Positions 1 to 9,425 of a DNA stretch of 64,000 bases are shown here, one piece after another. The stretch's first letter is position 1. Each line of letters opens with the position of its first letter. The DNA is taken from NCBI GenBank assembly GCA_019309045.1, contig JAFDGZ010000008.1:309-64308 (forward strand). Reading direction: 5' to 3'. The position numbers and the translations under genes are program-made. The DNA comes from Deltaproteobacteria bacterium. GTDB taxonomy: Bacteria; Desulfobacterota; Syntrophobacteria; BM002. Under the pieces are notes generated by a model. That model was not told where the DNA came from. It did no database searches and saw only the letters and a program-made list of their open reading frames with translations.

Positions 1-258
1 AACAACCGGACACTAGTGGGTATTAATTAAAACTTCACAATAGTCAAGCCAAATCGGTTAGTGCAGTTGATCTGAAATCCCTGTGGAGCAGCTGCCAACT
101 TGTGAGCCCCTGGTCTGCCTGGGCAACAAGTCCCCTCCGGAAAAACTCCCGCCAAGCAGCCCCTTGATCATGCAGCCCCGGGATACTATCATGGGGCAGA
201 GAATGGTTGGCCGGCAGAGTGCTGCAGACGTTTTGCAGCGGTGGCAGGAGGAGTTATT

Positions 259-795
259 ATGGCCGAGATAAAGAGCACCCTTGAGCTGGTCATGGAACGA
301 ACCAAGCATCTGAAGCTCTCGGAAGAAGAAAAGGCTGAGGTGCAGATGCAAGAGGCCCTGGCAAAGGTGCAGGGCCTTGTGCGGCAGCTTCAAGACGACA
401 CAGCCACTGTTGCGGATGTGTGCGCCCAGATCGAGGCCCTGCCTCAACATTTGCAAGCGCGCCTCAAGCGACAGATTGCCAGGCAGGTGTGCGACGCTCT
501 GAGCCCCGACCAGCAAAGCGAAGTGCTTGTCAACCTCCTGGAGACATTGCTGGAGCCCTCCTGGGAAGCTCCTTTCAGCCGGTTCAGGAAATGCTGGTCC
601 GAGTACAACCGCCTTCGCGAGGCTGAGAAGGAAAAGGTCACAAACAGCATTGTCGCCAGGCTGGCAGCTGCTGGTATACAGGGTTCGGCAGTGGTTCCCA
701 AGGTGGAAGACGATCCTGCCTGGAGGGAGCAGCTAGAAAATCTGTGGCAACCGTGCGAGCAGCACCTGGCAGCCCTGCGTCAGGCATTGCTTTGA
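259..795 (+). CDS. hypothetical protein (coiled-coil rich, no recognised domain)
   Basis: ORF 241..795. An in-frame ATG at 259 is preceded by AGGAGG at 246-251. No motif recognised in MAEIKSTLELVMER... Confidence 0.5.
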   Translation: MAEIKSTLELVMERTKHLKLSEEEKAEVQMQEALAKVQGLVRQLQDDTATVADVCAQIEALPQHLQARLKRQIARQVCDALSPDQQSEVLVNLLETLLEPSWEAPFSRFRKCWSEYNRLREAEKEKVTNSIVARLAAAGIQGSAVVPKVEDDPAWREQLENLWQPCEQHLAALRQALL

Positions 796-828
796 GATCC
801 TCTGGAAAAATCTCCTGCAAATACCAGC

Positions 829-1494
829 CTACAGCATACTGAAGAACATACTGCGAACCAGGTAGAAGTTTTCTTTGACGGCTGCCTTGCCCTGGACAGG
901 AGGGCCATGGCCGGGCAAGAGCAGTTCCACATCCAGTTCAGCCAGACGATCAATGGACTGCTGCAGCAAGGCGCCATTGCCTCCGGGAAGATCCGTGCGG
1001 CCGAGGCTTCTGTCGAAAATCACATCGCCTGAAAAGAGAATCTTGCGCTCCTGCCAGTACAGGCAGATGCTGCCGGGGGCGTGCCCAGGAGTATGGATTA
1101 CCTGCAGGGTATGGTTGCCCAAGCGCAGCTCGCCCTCCACCAGGTGCAAGTCGACGCGGTACTCTGGCAAGGCAAGCCCCATGGCGCGGAAGAGCTCCCT
1201 GCCCTGCTCCTCGATGAAGTGCTCAGCCTCAGGATGGAGCGCCACCAGGGTATCGCTATCGAGAAAATCCTCCACAGCTTCGAAATGGTCCGGATGTGGG
1301 TGCGTTGCAATGATGAGCTGGATGTCAGCCCGAGAGAAGCCATCCTCAGCCAGGGCTTTCTCGAGCTGGGGAAAGAGGTGGTGGTGGCCCGGGTCGATGA
1401 GGGTTACCACTTCACCGGCAATGAGATAGCTGTTGCAGTTGTTCTCAACCATACTTTCCCAGGGATAGTTATAGAGATCTTCTTGTAGCTGCAT
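829..1494 (-). CDS. MBL-fold metallo-hydrolase
   Basis: HxHxDH zinc motif (ATHPHPDHF) and later conserved His and Asp residues typical of the metallo-beta-lactamase fold. ATG at 1494 is preceded by AAGGAG. The longer ORF to 1554 would overlap the upstream gene. Confidence 0.8.
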   Translation of the reverse strand: MQLQEDLYNYPWESMVENNCNSYLIAGEVVTLIDPGHHHLFPQLEKALAEDGFSRADIQLIIATHPHPDHFEAVEDFLDSDTLVALHPEAEHFIEEQGRELFRAMGLALPEYRVDLHLVEGELRLGNHTLQVIHTPGHAPGSICLYWQERKILFSGDVIFDRSLGRTDLPGGNGALLQQSIDRLAELDVELLLPGHGPPVQGKAAVKENFYLVRSMFFSML

Positions 1495-1508
1495 TGGTCG
1501 CTTGCTCC

Positions 1509-3479
1509 TTACTGGTTCTCGCTGGTGCTGCTGCCAGAGAAATCCAGGAAACACTGCTCAACAGGTTCTGTCAGAGAAAGTGTAACCTTCATAACATCTC
1601 CTTCCAGAGAAGTATTCATCAGGTAGCCCATCTTCTGAAAAACTGCCAGGGCCTGGCGATTTCCAGGGTCGAGGTAGGTGACAAAACCTTCGATATGTTT
1701 GCTCTTTGCTATATTGATCAGCTGTTGCAGGAGCAGGCTGGCCACCCCCTTTCCCTGCCATTGTTGGCGCACAGCAAAGTCCACTTCAGCCATATTGGTT
1801 TCCTCATCCAGGAGATAACGACCCACAGCAACCACTGTTTCGGCAGCCAGTTCGCCGGTCACAGCTACCAGGCACATTTCTCGGTGATAGTCTATCTGCA
1901 GAAGCGCCCGTAGATCAGGACGAGGAAAAACCTTCATGGCGGAAAGAAAGCGAATAAAAGGCTTCTCTTGCGGCAGGGCATAGAAGAATTCCTGCAGGGC
2001 GCGCTCGTCAGTGAGTCGCACCGGCCGGAGGCGAATTTCCTCTCCTCCAGCAAGCACCTGCCGCAGCTGCCAGGTTTCAGGATATGGCTGTGGGGCACCT
2101 TTTGGCGGCTGCAGGTGCCGGTAAATGTAGTGAAGCCTCTGGGCAGCGCGAAACAGCTGCTCTCTAAACTTGGGATGGGCCAGTTCTATCAGGGCCAGAG
2201 CACGCTCCCGGATACTCTTGCCGTGGAGATTCACCGCACCGTATTCAGTGACAATGTAATGGACACCACCGCGAGTGTTGATTACCCCGGCTCCCTCACT
2301 GAGATGAGGCACGATTCTAGACTCTTCTTCGTCCAGAGTCGTGGATGGCAGCACTATAATACTTTTGCCATTCTTGGACAGCAGTGCCCCTCTGATGAAG
2401 TCCACGGCCCCGCCCACTCCACTGTATATGGTGTGGCCAACGGAGTCGGCGCATACCTGGCCGCTGAGATCCACCTGCAGAGCAGAGTTGATGCAGACCA
2501 TATTGTCGTTCTTGCTGATGACGAAATAGTCATTGGTATACTCTGCGGGGTAAAAGGCCACCATGGGGTTGTCCTCCACAAAGTCATAAAGTCTTCTGGA
2601 CCCCATACAGAAACTGGCCACGACTTTCTTGGGATGCAGGGTTTTTTTCCTGTTGGTAATGGCGCCCTTTTCAATGAGGTAGAGAAAGGCGTCTGTGAGC
2701 ATGTCAGTGTGCACACCCAGATCTTTTTTGTCAGCAAGGGAGTAGAGCGCTGCATTGGCCACGCTGCCAACGCCAGCTCTGATGGTTGAGCCGTCATCAA
2801 TGAGCTCGGCCACCTCCCTGCCTATTTCGTAGGCGGTGTCATTCATCAGGGGCGGCGGCATCTCCAACAATTCTTCCCTGTGTTCCACCACCGCATCGAT
2901 CTGATCTATATGGATATAGGCATCGCCGTGGACTCTGGGCATTCTCGGATTGATCTGGGCAATGACGATTCTGGCCTCCTCGGCCGCGGCTTTGACAATA
3001 TCCACGGAAATACCATAAGAACAATAGCCGTGAGGATCCGGGGGAGATACCTGGATGAGGGCAACGTCTATTGGACTGTGACCACTGCGGAACAGCTGCG
3101 GCACATCGTAGAGATAGATGGGCGTATAGTCGGCTCGCCCTTCGGCAACCGCCTGCCGCGAACCGGAAGCCACGAAGAAAGATTTCAGGCGGCATTTGTC
3201 TCGAAAGGCTTCCTCAGTAAAAGATGCCTTGCCGAGTGAGAGCAGATGGAGTATTTCCAGATCAGCCAGCTGCACCACCATGCGTTCCAGGGCCCGCACC
3301 AGATGCTGGGGCTCGCCGCAGCCAGAGCCGATAAACACTCTGTTGCCCCGGCGAATGCGGGCCATAGCTCTTTCTGCACTGGTCTTCTTCTTCTGATAAT
3401 CGGCAGAGAGGACAGCAGCATGGTCACCCCCAGGAGAAGCGTTTTTGCTGAGACTCGTTTGCGGACCACTTTTCATCAC
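1509..3479 (-). CDS. acetyl-CoA hydrolase/transferase family protein fused to a C-terminal GNAT acetyltransferase domain
   Basis: 656 aa. The N-terminal ~430 aa resemble the acetyl-CoA hydrolase/transferase (Ach1/Cat1) family, including the RVFIGSGCGEPQ region. The C-terminus has a GNAT-like acetyl-CoA binding segment (QGKGVASLLLQQLINIAKS). Confidence 0.75.
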   Translation of the reverse strand: MMKSGPQTSLSKNASPGGDHAAVLSADYQKKKTSAERAMARIRRGNRVFIGSGCGEPQHLVRALERMVVQLADLEILHLLSLGKASFTEEAFRDKCRLKSFFVASGSRQAVAEGRADYTPIYLYDVPQLFRSGHSPIDVALIQVSPPDPHGYCSYGISVDIVKAAAEEARIVIAQINPRMPRVHGDAYIHIDQIDAVVEHREELLEMPPPLMNDTAYEIGREVAELIDDGSTIRAGVGSVANAALYSLADKKDLGVHTDMLTDAFLYLIEKGAITNRKKTLHPKKVVASFCMGSRRLYDFVEDNPMVAFYPAEYTNDYFVISKNDNMVCINSALQVDLSGQVCADSVGHTIYSGVGGAVDFIRGALLSKNGKSIIVLPSTTLDEEESRIVPHLSEGAGVINTRGGVHYIVTEYGAVNLHGKSIRERALALIELAHPKFREQLFRAAQRLHYIYRHLQPPKGAPQPYPETWQLRQVLAGGEEIRLRPVRLTDERALQEFFYALPQEKPFIRFLSAMKVFPRPDLRALLQIDYHREMCLVAVTGELAAETVVAVGRYLLDEETNMAEVDFAVRQQWQGKGVASLLLQQLINIAKSKHIEGFVTYLDPGNRQALAVFQKMGYLMNTSLEGDVMKVTLSLTEPVEQCFLDFSGSSTSENQ

Positions 3480-3519
3480 TATATCTCCCAGCGGCTACCG
3501 GGTGGTATTCACAGCAGCA

Positions 3520-4326
3520 TCAGGTTTCCTCTGGTTTCTCGGCAGAGTTGTGCGGCAGCAGCAGCCAGAGGCAAAGCGCTGCCAGAATCATAGCAAGGCA
3601 GAGAAGCTGCCCCATTGAAAGAAAACCGAAAAAGAGACCGAGCTGCGGGTCTGGCTCTCGAAAAAACTCGGCCAGGAAGCGCAGGATGCCGTAGCCAGCG
3701 AGAAAGAGACATACCATGCCCCCAGACCACCTGAGGCGATTTTTCAGCAGCCAGAGAAGTGCGAACAACACCACCCCTTCCAGAAAAGCTTCATACAGCT
3801 GAGAGGGGTGCCGGGGCAGGGGTCCTCCCTCAGGAAATAGCATGGCCCAGGGCACCGAACTGGGACGGCCGAAGAGTTCACCATTGATGAAGTTTCCCAG
3901 CCGTCCCAGGCCGAGGCCAATAGGGGCGGTGATTATTACCACATCTGCAACCTCCAGCATGGGAAGGCCGGCGCGGCGGCAGAAAAGAATCCCGGCAAGC
4001 ACAGCGCCTAACAACCCCCCATGAAAAGACATGCCGCCGTGCCAGATGGCGATAATCTCCAGAGGGTGCTCCACATAGAAGGCATAATCGTGAAACTGGT
4101 AAAAGAGCACGTAGCCGAGGCGGGCCCCAACCACCAGACCGACAGCCAGATAAAACATGAAATCTTGCAGGCGCGAGCCATGGAGACCAAGTTTGCGGGC
4201 TCTCTCCATCCTCTGAATCAGCAGGTAGGATGCCAGGAAGCCCAGCACATACATGAGGCCGTACCAGCGCAGCTTGATGGGACCGATCTCGATAATGTTG
4301 GGATTGATCTTTGGATAGGCCAGCAT
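3520..4326 (-). CDS. lgt: prolipoprotein diacylglyceryl transferase
   Basis: N-terminus MLAYPKINPNIIEIGPIKLRWYGLMYVLGF and a multi-TM profile typical of Lgt. 268 aa. Confidence 0.9.
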   Translation of the reverse strand: MLAYPKINPNIIEIGPIKLRWYGLMYVLGFLASYLLIQRMERARKLGLHGSRLQDFMFYLAVGLVVGARLGYVLFYQFHDYAFYVEHPLEIIAIWHGGMSFHGGLLGAVLAGILFCRRAGLPMLEVADVVIITAPIGLGLGRLGNFINGELFGRPSSVPWAMLFPEGGPLPRHPSQLYEAFLEGVVLFALLWLLKNRLRWSGGMVCLFLAGYGILRFLAEFFREPDPQLGLFFGFLSMGQLLCLAMILAALCLWLLLPHNSAEKPEET

Positions 4327-4566
4327 GGGCAGTCAGTCTCCACTGCACAATGACCAGCCAGCAAGCTGGCTGTTGGGATTGTGCCCCAGCGGTCAACCTT
4401 ATTGTCCTCGGACAGTAACATGCAGTATCATAAGGAGATCTGAGCGTCAACCAATGAGGCACATCGCCACCAGGAGGTTTGCGGGGCGGCTGTCAGTGGA
4501 GCTGCTGCCCGGAAAAATATCTAGCAGGCCGCGGACACTCCTGGTTGCCACAGAGGAGAAAAGGTT

Positions 4567-4773
4567 ATGGCACCACTCGATCGTCAGCGAATAGAAGTGC
4601 TGCTGCACCACTGGCAGCACCACAATGAGGAACATGCCGATTCATTCGACAAGTATGCCCGGCAACTGCGGGAACAGGGCTGGGAGAAGATCGCCGCCTA
4701 TCTGGAAGAAGCCAGCCAGCTGAGTCGACAGACTGGCGAGCTGTTGAGGCGGGCACTCGCCGACCTTAGCTGA
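4567..4773 (+). CDS. small hypothetical protein (68 aa)
   Basis: ORF with no recognisable motif. It sits directly upstream of mobB in the same orientation. Confidence 0.35.
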   Translation: MAPLDRQRIEVLLHHWQHHNEEHADSFDKYARQLREQGWEKIAAYLEEASQLSRQTGELLRRALADLS

Positions 4774-4805
4774 GTTACCCAAGAGAACTGGAAAGGAGGC
4801 TGTTG

Positions 4806-5480
4806 ATGCCCAGTATTGTATCTGTTGTGGGCAAGTCTAAAGTTGGCAAGACAACCTTTATCGAGAAACTCGTGCCCGAGCTGCAGCGACGAGGATATCG
4901 GCTGGGTACTATCAAGCACGATGCCCACGATCACGCCGACATTGATCATCCGGGAAAAGACAGTTGGCGGCACCGCCAGGCAGGCGCCCAGACCGTGGCC
5001 CTCAGTTCACCTTCCAGAATCGCCCTCATCAAAGAGGTGCCGGAAGAACTGGATCTGGACAGCATCGTTGCCATGTATTTCCAGGATGAAGATCTGGTGC
5101 TCACCGAAGGCTACAAGGGGAGCAACAAGGCAAAGATCGAGATCTTCCGCAGTGAAGTGCATGAAGAGCTGCTCTGCACCCCGGCAGATAGACTGCTAGC
5201 TGTGGTGAGCGATGTGTCACTGCCTGTGGAGGTGCCCTGCTTCGACCTGGAAGATGTGGCAGGAGTAGCGTCCTTGCTGGAAGAGCGCTTTCTGCGTGCC
5301 GCCTCTGATACAACCATGATCGTCCGGCTGGACGGCAAAAGGCTTCCCATGAAATCTTTTGTCAGGGACTTTGTGGTGGGCGGCATTACTGGCATGCTTT
5401 CAGCACTGCGAGGCTACAGAACTCCCAGCAGGATAGACATAGCTATTCGCTTGCCGAAGCAACAGAGAGAATCCACATGA
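4806..5480 (+). CDS. mobB: molybdopterin-guanine dinucleotide biosynthesis adaptor protein MobB (with a C-terminal extension)
   Basis: P-loop VVGKSKVGKTTFIEKL plus a TIKHDAHDH segment typical of MobB. ATG at 4806 is preceded by AGGAGG at 4792-4797. It overlaps mobA start with an ATGA junction. Confidence 0.85.
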   Translation: MPSIVSVVGKSKVGKTTFIEKLVPELQRRGYRLGTIKHDAHDHADIDHPGKDSWRHRQAGAQTVALSSPSRIALIKEVPEELDLDSIVAMYFQDEDLVLTEGYKGSNKAKIEIFRSEVHEELLCTPADRLLAVVSDVSLPVEVPCFDLEDVAGVASLLEERFLRAASDTTMIVRLDGKRLPMKSFVRDFVVGGITGMLSALRGYRTPSRIDIAIRLPKQQREST

Positions 5481-6082
5481 TCGGAGTCGTCCTAGCAGGC
5501 GGCAAGAGCCGCCGTTTCGGCAGAAACAAGGCCCTGGAACTGTTCCAGGGGGAACGGCTCATAGAGCGCCAGGTCAGAACCCTCGGGCGGATATTTTCTG
5601 AAGTGATAATCGTCAGCAACACTCCGGAAGTCTATGTGGACCTCCAGGTGACCTTGTTGCGAGACATCATCCCTGAACAGGGGCCTCTGGGGGGCATATA
5701 TACCGGGCTGCTCTATGCTCGGGACAGGGGTATTTTCGTGGCCGGCTGCGATATGCCCTTTCTGCAGGCCGCCCTCATAGGTAAAATGGTGGAACTGGCT
5801 GCCAACTACGACGTGGTCATTCCAGAAAAGGAAGGCCGCCTGGAGCCCCTGCATGCAGCCTATTCGAGCCGCTGTCTGCCTCACATCGAGGGTATGCTCA
5901 AACGAAAAGAGCTCCAGGTAATCAGATTTTTCCCGGCCGTGAGGGTGTACCGTCTGGGAGAAAAGGAGTGCCAGGCAATTGATCCTCTCGGCATCTCCTT
6001 TTTCAACATCAACACCGTTGCTGATCTGTCCAGAGCAGAAGAACTCCTGCAGCTGCAGCAGAAGGCAACTGCCGGCAAATAG
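5477..6082 (+). CDS. mobA: molybdenum cofactor guanylyltransferase MobA
   Basis: N-terminus MIGVVLAGGKSRRFG (MobA nucleotide-binding motif). 201 aa. Confidence 0.85.
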   Translation: MIGVVLAGGKSRRFGRNKALELFQGERLIERQVRTLGRIFSEVIIVSNTPEVYVDLQVTLLRDIIPEQGPLGGIYTGLLYARDRGIFVAGCDMPFLQAALIGKMVELAANYDVVIPEKEGRLEPLHAAYSSRCLPHIEGMLKRKELQVIRFFPAVRVYRLGEKECQAIDPLGISFFNINTVADLSRAEELLQLQQKATAGK

Positions 6083-6184
6083 GGGGAAAGCAGACTGCTG
6101 GAAGCCATTTGCAGAGGAGAGACGAGATTCTTTCTGCTTCAATGTTTCGAGATCCACTGACTTCACCATCAGGCTGAGCACTGC

Positions 6185-7474
6185 ATGAACCGCAGAATAG
6201 CAACTCTTGAACAGGCGCTGGCACTGATAGATAAAGTTGCGCCAACTCTGGCTACCGAGGAAGTGTCACTCGATGCAGCTCTGGCACGGGTGCTCTGTGA
6301 GGAGATCAGAGCCAATCGCCACGAGCCTGCCTCGGCCAGAGCAGCTATGGACGGCTATGCCCTGAGAAGCGTGGATACCGCAGGCGCCAGTTCCGACCGG
6401 CCGCTTTTTTTTGAAATCGTCGGCAATGCCAGCGCCGGCCGAACGCCATCTTGCGAAGTAGGCCGGCGTCAGGCCACAGTAATATCCACTGGTGCGGTTC
6501 TGCCTCCGGGAGCAGATGCAGTGATACCTCATGAACAGGTGCTGCCTGCGCCCGGGGGCATCCAGGTCTCCTCTGCTCTGGCCGCCGGGGCCTGGACCAG
6601 CCAGCCCGGGGTGGATTTTCAGCAGGGAGAGCATCTGCTCAGCAAAGGCGCCATCCTGCAGGCTGCAGAGCTGACTGTCATTGCCGCCCTGGGCAGGAGA
6701 GCAGTGCTGGTAAGGCGGCGACCCAGGGTGGCGATTCTGGCTACCGGCGACGAACTTGCAGAGCCGGGCTCCACAGCACACCCTGACAAGGTGTTCGCCA
6801 GCAATCTGCAGACCGTTCTCCAGCTGGTGCGCATCTGGGGCGGCGAGGTGATCACCGCCGCAGTGGTGCGGGACACCCTGGCAGCGGTCGTCGCAAGCAT
6901 CGACGAAATGCGGGGATTGGACCTCATAGTAACCACGGGAGGAACCGGCAAGGGAGGCAAAGACTTCATTGCTGCCGCAGTCACCTCACTGATGGGGAAG
7001 ATACACTTCGCAGGAGTCAGAATGACTCCAGGCAAACAGACGCTTCTCGCCAGCCTGGGGAAGACCCTCCTCTTTGCTCTGCCGGGCAGGCCAACAGCTG
7101 TGTTTGCTGCTCTTCAAGAGCTGGTGCGTCCAGCTCTTCTGCGGATGCTGGGCCTTTCCTGCACCAGAGTGCCTGAAGTCAAAGCCACCCTCTGCCAGGC
7201 TGTGGAAAACAGCAGAAAAGAGATGCTGGCTCTGCTGCCCTGCCGCCTGACCTTCACAGTGGACGGAGCCCAGGTATGGCCGCTGGACCGCCAGGCCGGA
7301 GGGATGTTCGCCAGCATGCTGGCAAGCAATGCTCTACTACGGTTGGATCCCGGGGAAATCAGAGGCAGCGGCGAACAGGTTGCTGTGCAAATGGTAAATC
7401 TCGGTCTATCGGCGCTGTGCTACTTTACAGACAAGGGCCAGCAGATCCAGCAACGCCCCCCCTGCGGAAAATAA
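6185..7474 (+). CDS. moeA: molybdopterin molybdotransferase MoeA
   Basis: 429 aa. MoeA N-domain and MoCF-biosynthesis domain signatures (DGYALRS, GGTGKGGKD-like region). Confidence 0.85.
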   Translation: MNRRIATLEQALALIDKVAPTLATEEVSLDAALARVLCEEIRANRHEPASARAAMDGYALRSVDTAGASSDRPLFFEIVGNASAGRTPSCEVGRRQATVISTGAVLPPGADAVIPHEQVLPAPGGIQVSSALAAGAWTSQPGVDFQQGEHLLSKGAILQAAELTVIAALGRRAVLVRRRPRVAILATGDELAEPGSTAHPDKVFASNLQTVLQLVRIWGGEVITAAVVRDTLAAVVASIDEMRGLDLIVTTGGTGKGGKDFIAAAVTSLMGKIHFAGVRMTPGKQTLLASLGKTLLFALPGRPTAVFAALQELVRPALLRMLGLSCTRVPEVKATLCQAVENSRKEMLALLPCRLTFTVDGAQVWPLDRQAGGMFASMLASNALLRLDPGEIRGSGEQVAVQMVNLGLSALCYFTDKGQQIQQRPPCGK

Positions 7475-7491
7475 TTCACCAGAGTGCTGCC

Positions 7492-8319
7492 TCAGCTGCT
7501 GCCTGCCGTTTGCATTATGACGTTTTCGCGGCCGGTGTAAACCACCATGCCGCCTCCCCTCACCAGACCGACTACTGTTATGTTCAGATCTCGAGCCAGA
7601 TCCAGAGAGAGGCTGGTTGCAGCAGAACGTGATATCAGCATGGGGAGCTTCATTTTCGCCGCCTTGATCAGGATCTCCGAGGTGATCCGCCCGGTGGTGA
7701 CCAGGATCTTGTCACTGGTCGAGATATCGTTGAGAAAACATTCTCCGACAATCATATCAACCGCATTGTGGCGGCCGATGTCAGTCCGGAAAATCAGTAT
7801 CTCCTCACCTGCAGCCAGGGCGCAGTTGTGCACACCCCGAGAAAGGCGGTACAGCTCGGAGCGCTGATTCAGTTTGGACATGAGCCGGCGAATCTGTGCC
7901 ACGGTCACAGTGAGGGGCGAGCGAATTGCGCGGCTGTGGATCGAGTCCAGCACATGGTAAAAGAGGGTTCCTTTGCCGCAGCCAGAGGTGACAGTTCTCT
8001 TGCCCTGGAGTTCGACGGCGCTGCTGGTCTCTTCACTGGAAGAGACCCGGACCACATGCGTCTGCCGATCCACTTCCACGGCGGTGATGCTCTGCCGGCG
8101 GTGCAGAAGACCTTCCGACCTGAGAAAGCCCACGGCCAGGCTCTCCACGTGAGCTCCAGTGCATAAAAGGGTAACAATCTCCCGGCCGTTCAAAAAGATG
8201 GTGAGGGGAATCTCCCTTACCACTGTGGCTTTGCCCTGCCGCGAGCTGTCTCCCCGGATTCGCAGGGCCCCCACTTCTTGGGTGAGGTTGGCGGTAGTAG
8301 TGCAAGGGATCTCTGCCAT
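7492..8319 (-). CDS. fdhD: formate dehydrogenase accessory sulfurtransferase FdhD
   Basis: 275 aa. GRHNAVD motif and overall FdhD/NarQ family pattern. Divergent from the gene at 8727. Confidence 0.85.
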   Translation of the reverse strand: MAEIPCTTTANLTQEVGALRIRGDSSRQGKATVVREIPLTIFLNGREIVTLLCTGAHVESLAVGFLRSEGLLHRRQSITAVEVDRQTHVVRVSSSEETSSAVELQGKRTVTSGCGKGTLFYHVLDSIHSRAIRSPLTVTVAQIRRLMSKLNQRSELYRLSRGVHNCALAAGEEILIFRTDIGRHNAVDMIVGECFLNDISTSDKILVTTGRITSEILIKAAKMKLPMLISRSAATSLSLDLARDLNITVVGLVRGGGMVVYTGRENVIMQTAGSS

Positions 8320-8726
8320 GCAGACCTCATACTGACCTCACGGCCAGCAAAAACAGGCGGACACCAAGGGTTTTTTGCTTCGGACAACTCTACCATAACG
8401 GAAGAGACGGCACTTGTCAAAGAATGTGCTCGACAAATTGCCTTAATTTGTTAAGATAACAGAGAGTTGTTTGAACTTACGGCGGTCCTGCCTGCCAGCG
8501 GCTCCAGCGCCAGCAGCAACAGTGAAGCGTGCCCCTGCTGCGGCCAGCGGCAGGAGCACTGCCTGATAGACTGCCCACGAGGCATGGCGGCACACATTGC
8601 AGACGGCTCGCTTGCAGACAGCGCCAGATTGATCCGGGGCTCCGTATTATGTCCATGGGGCAGTAGCAATGAAGTGCAGACGGTTGTTTTCCTTTGACCA
8701 TAATCTGCAGCGGACTGGGCTGAAAG

Positions 8727-9371
8727 ATGCTTAAAGGAAGCACACTGGAGACTGTCTACTACCGGTTTCTGGGCAAATACCTGGTACCTTGCTGCGTATT
8801 TCTTCGTCTGAAGCCGAATCATGTCACCATCTTTGGTGCCCTTTCCGGCCTGGCAGCGGGTATATGCTTTGTCTTCAGCCCCTTGTGGGGTGGAGCCCTC
8901 ACCCTGCTCACCGGTCTTCTGGACACTCTCGACGGAGCGCTGGCTCGGCAGCTTGGCCAGGAAGAAAGACGCGGCGCCTTCATGGATTCGGTGCTGGACC
9001 GGTACACAGAGCTCTGCATCCTGGGAGGCATCTGGGCCTATTTTTACCGAGTGGGTGGTGCTACTCCGCTGATGACAGTAACCATCGTTCTGGTGCTGTT
9101 TGGCTCTCTGATGGTCAGTTACACCCGGGCCAGGGCAGAAGCGCTGCGGGTATCATGTATGGTGGGCCTGTTTCAGCGAGGAGAGCGCATTATTGCCATC
9201 GGCGTCACAGGCATGGTCAATTCCATAGTGAACCTGACTGCCAGGGCAAACGAAGCTGCGGTGCTCGGCCAGGACGCGGTGCTGATCGTAGTCCTCATTC
9301 TGCTGGCCGTAGGAACCAACCTGACTGCTCTGTGGCGCTTTTTTCACGTCTGCAACCAGCTGCGCTCGTAA
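8727..9371 (+). CDS. CDP-alcohol phosphatidyltransferase family protein
   Basis: D-x2-DG-x2-AR signature (DTLDGALARQ) and a multi-TM profile. Confidence 0.8.
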   Translation: MLKGSTLETVYYRFLGKYLVPCCVFLRLKPNHVTIFGALSGLAAGICFVFSPLWGGALTLLTGLLDTLDGALARQLGQEERRGAFMDSVLDRYTELCILGGIWAYFYRVGGATPLMTVTIVLVLFGSLMVSYTRARAEALRVSCMVGLFQRGERIIAIGVTGMVNSIVNLTARANEAAVLGQDAVLIVVLILLAVGTNLTALWRFFHVCNQLRS

Positions 9372-9425
9372 CAACAATCCAGACTGGTCGGTCCTCCTGT
9401 TCCATATCGAGCTCCGGCAGCCAGT

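Noticed and set aside
5492-6181. 229 aa minus-strand ORF
   Set aside because: It is antisense to mobA, which has the canonical MIGVVLAGGKSRRFG motif.
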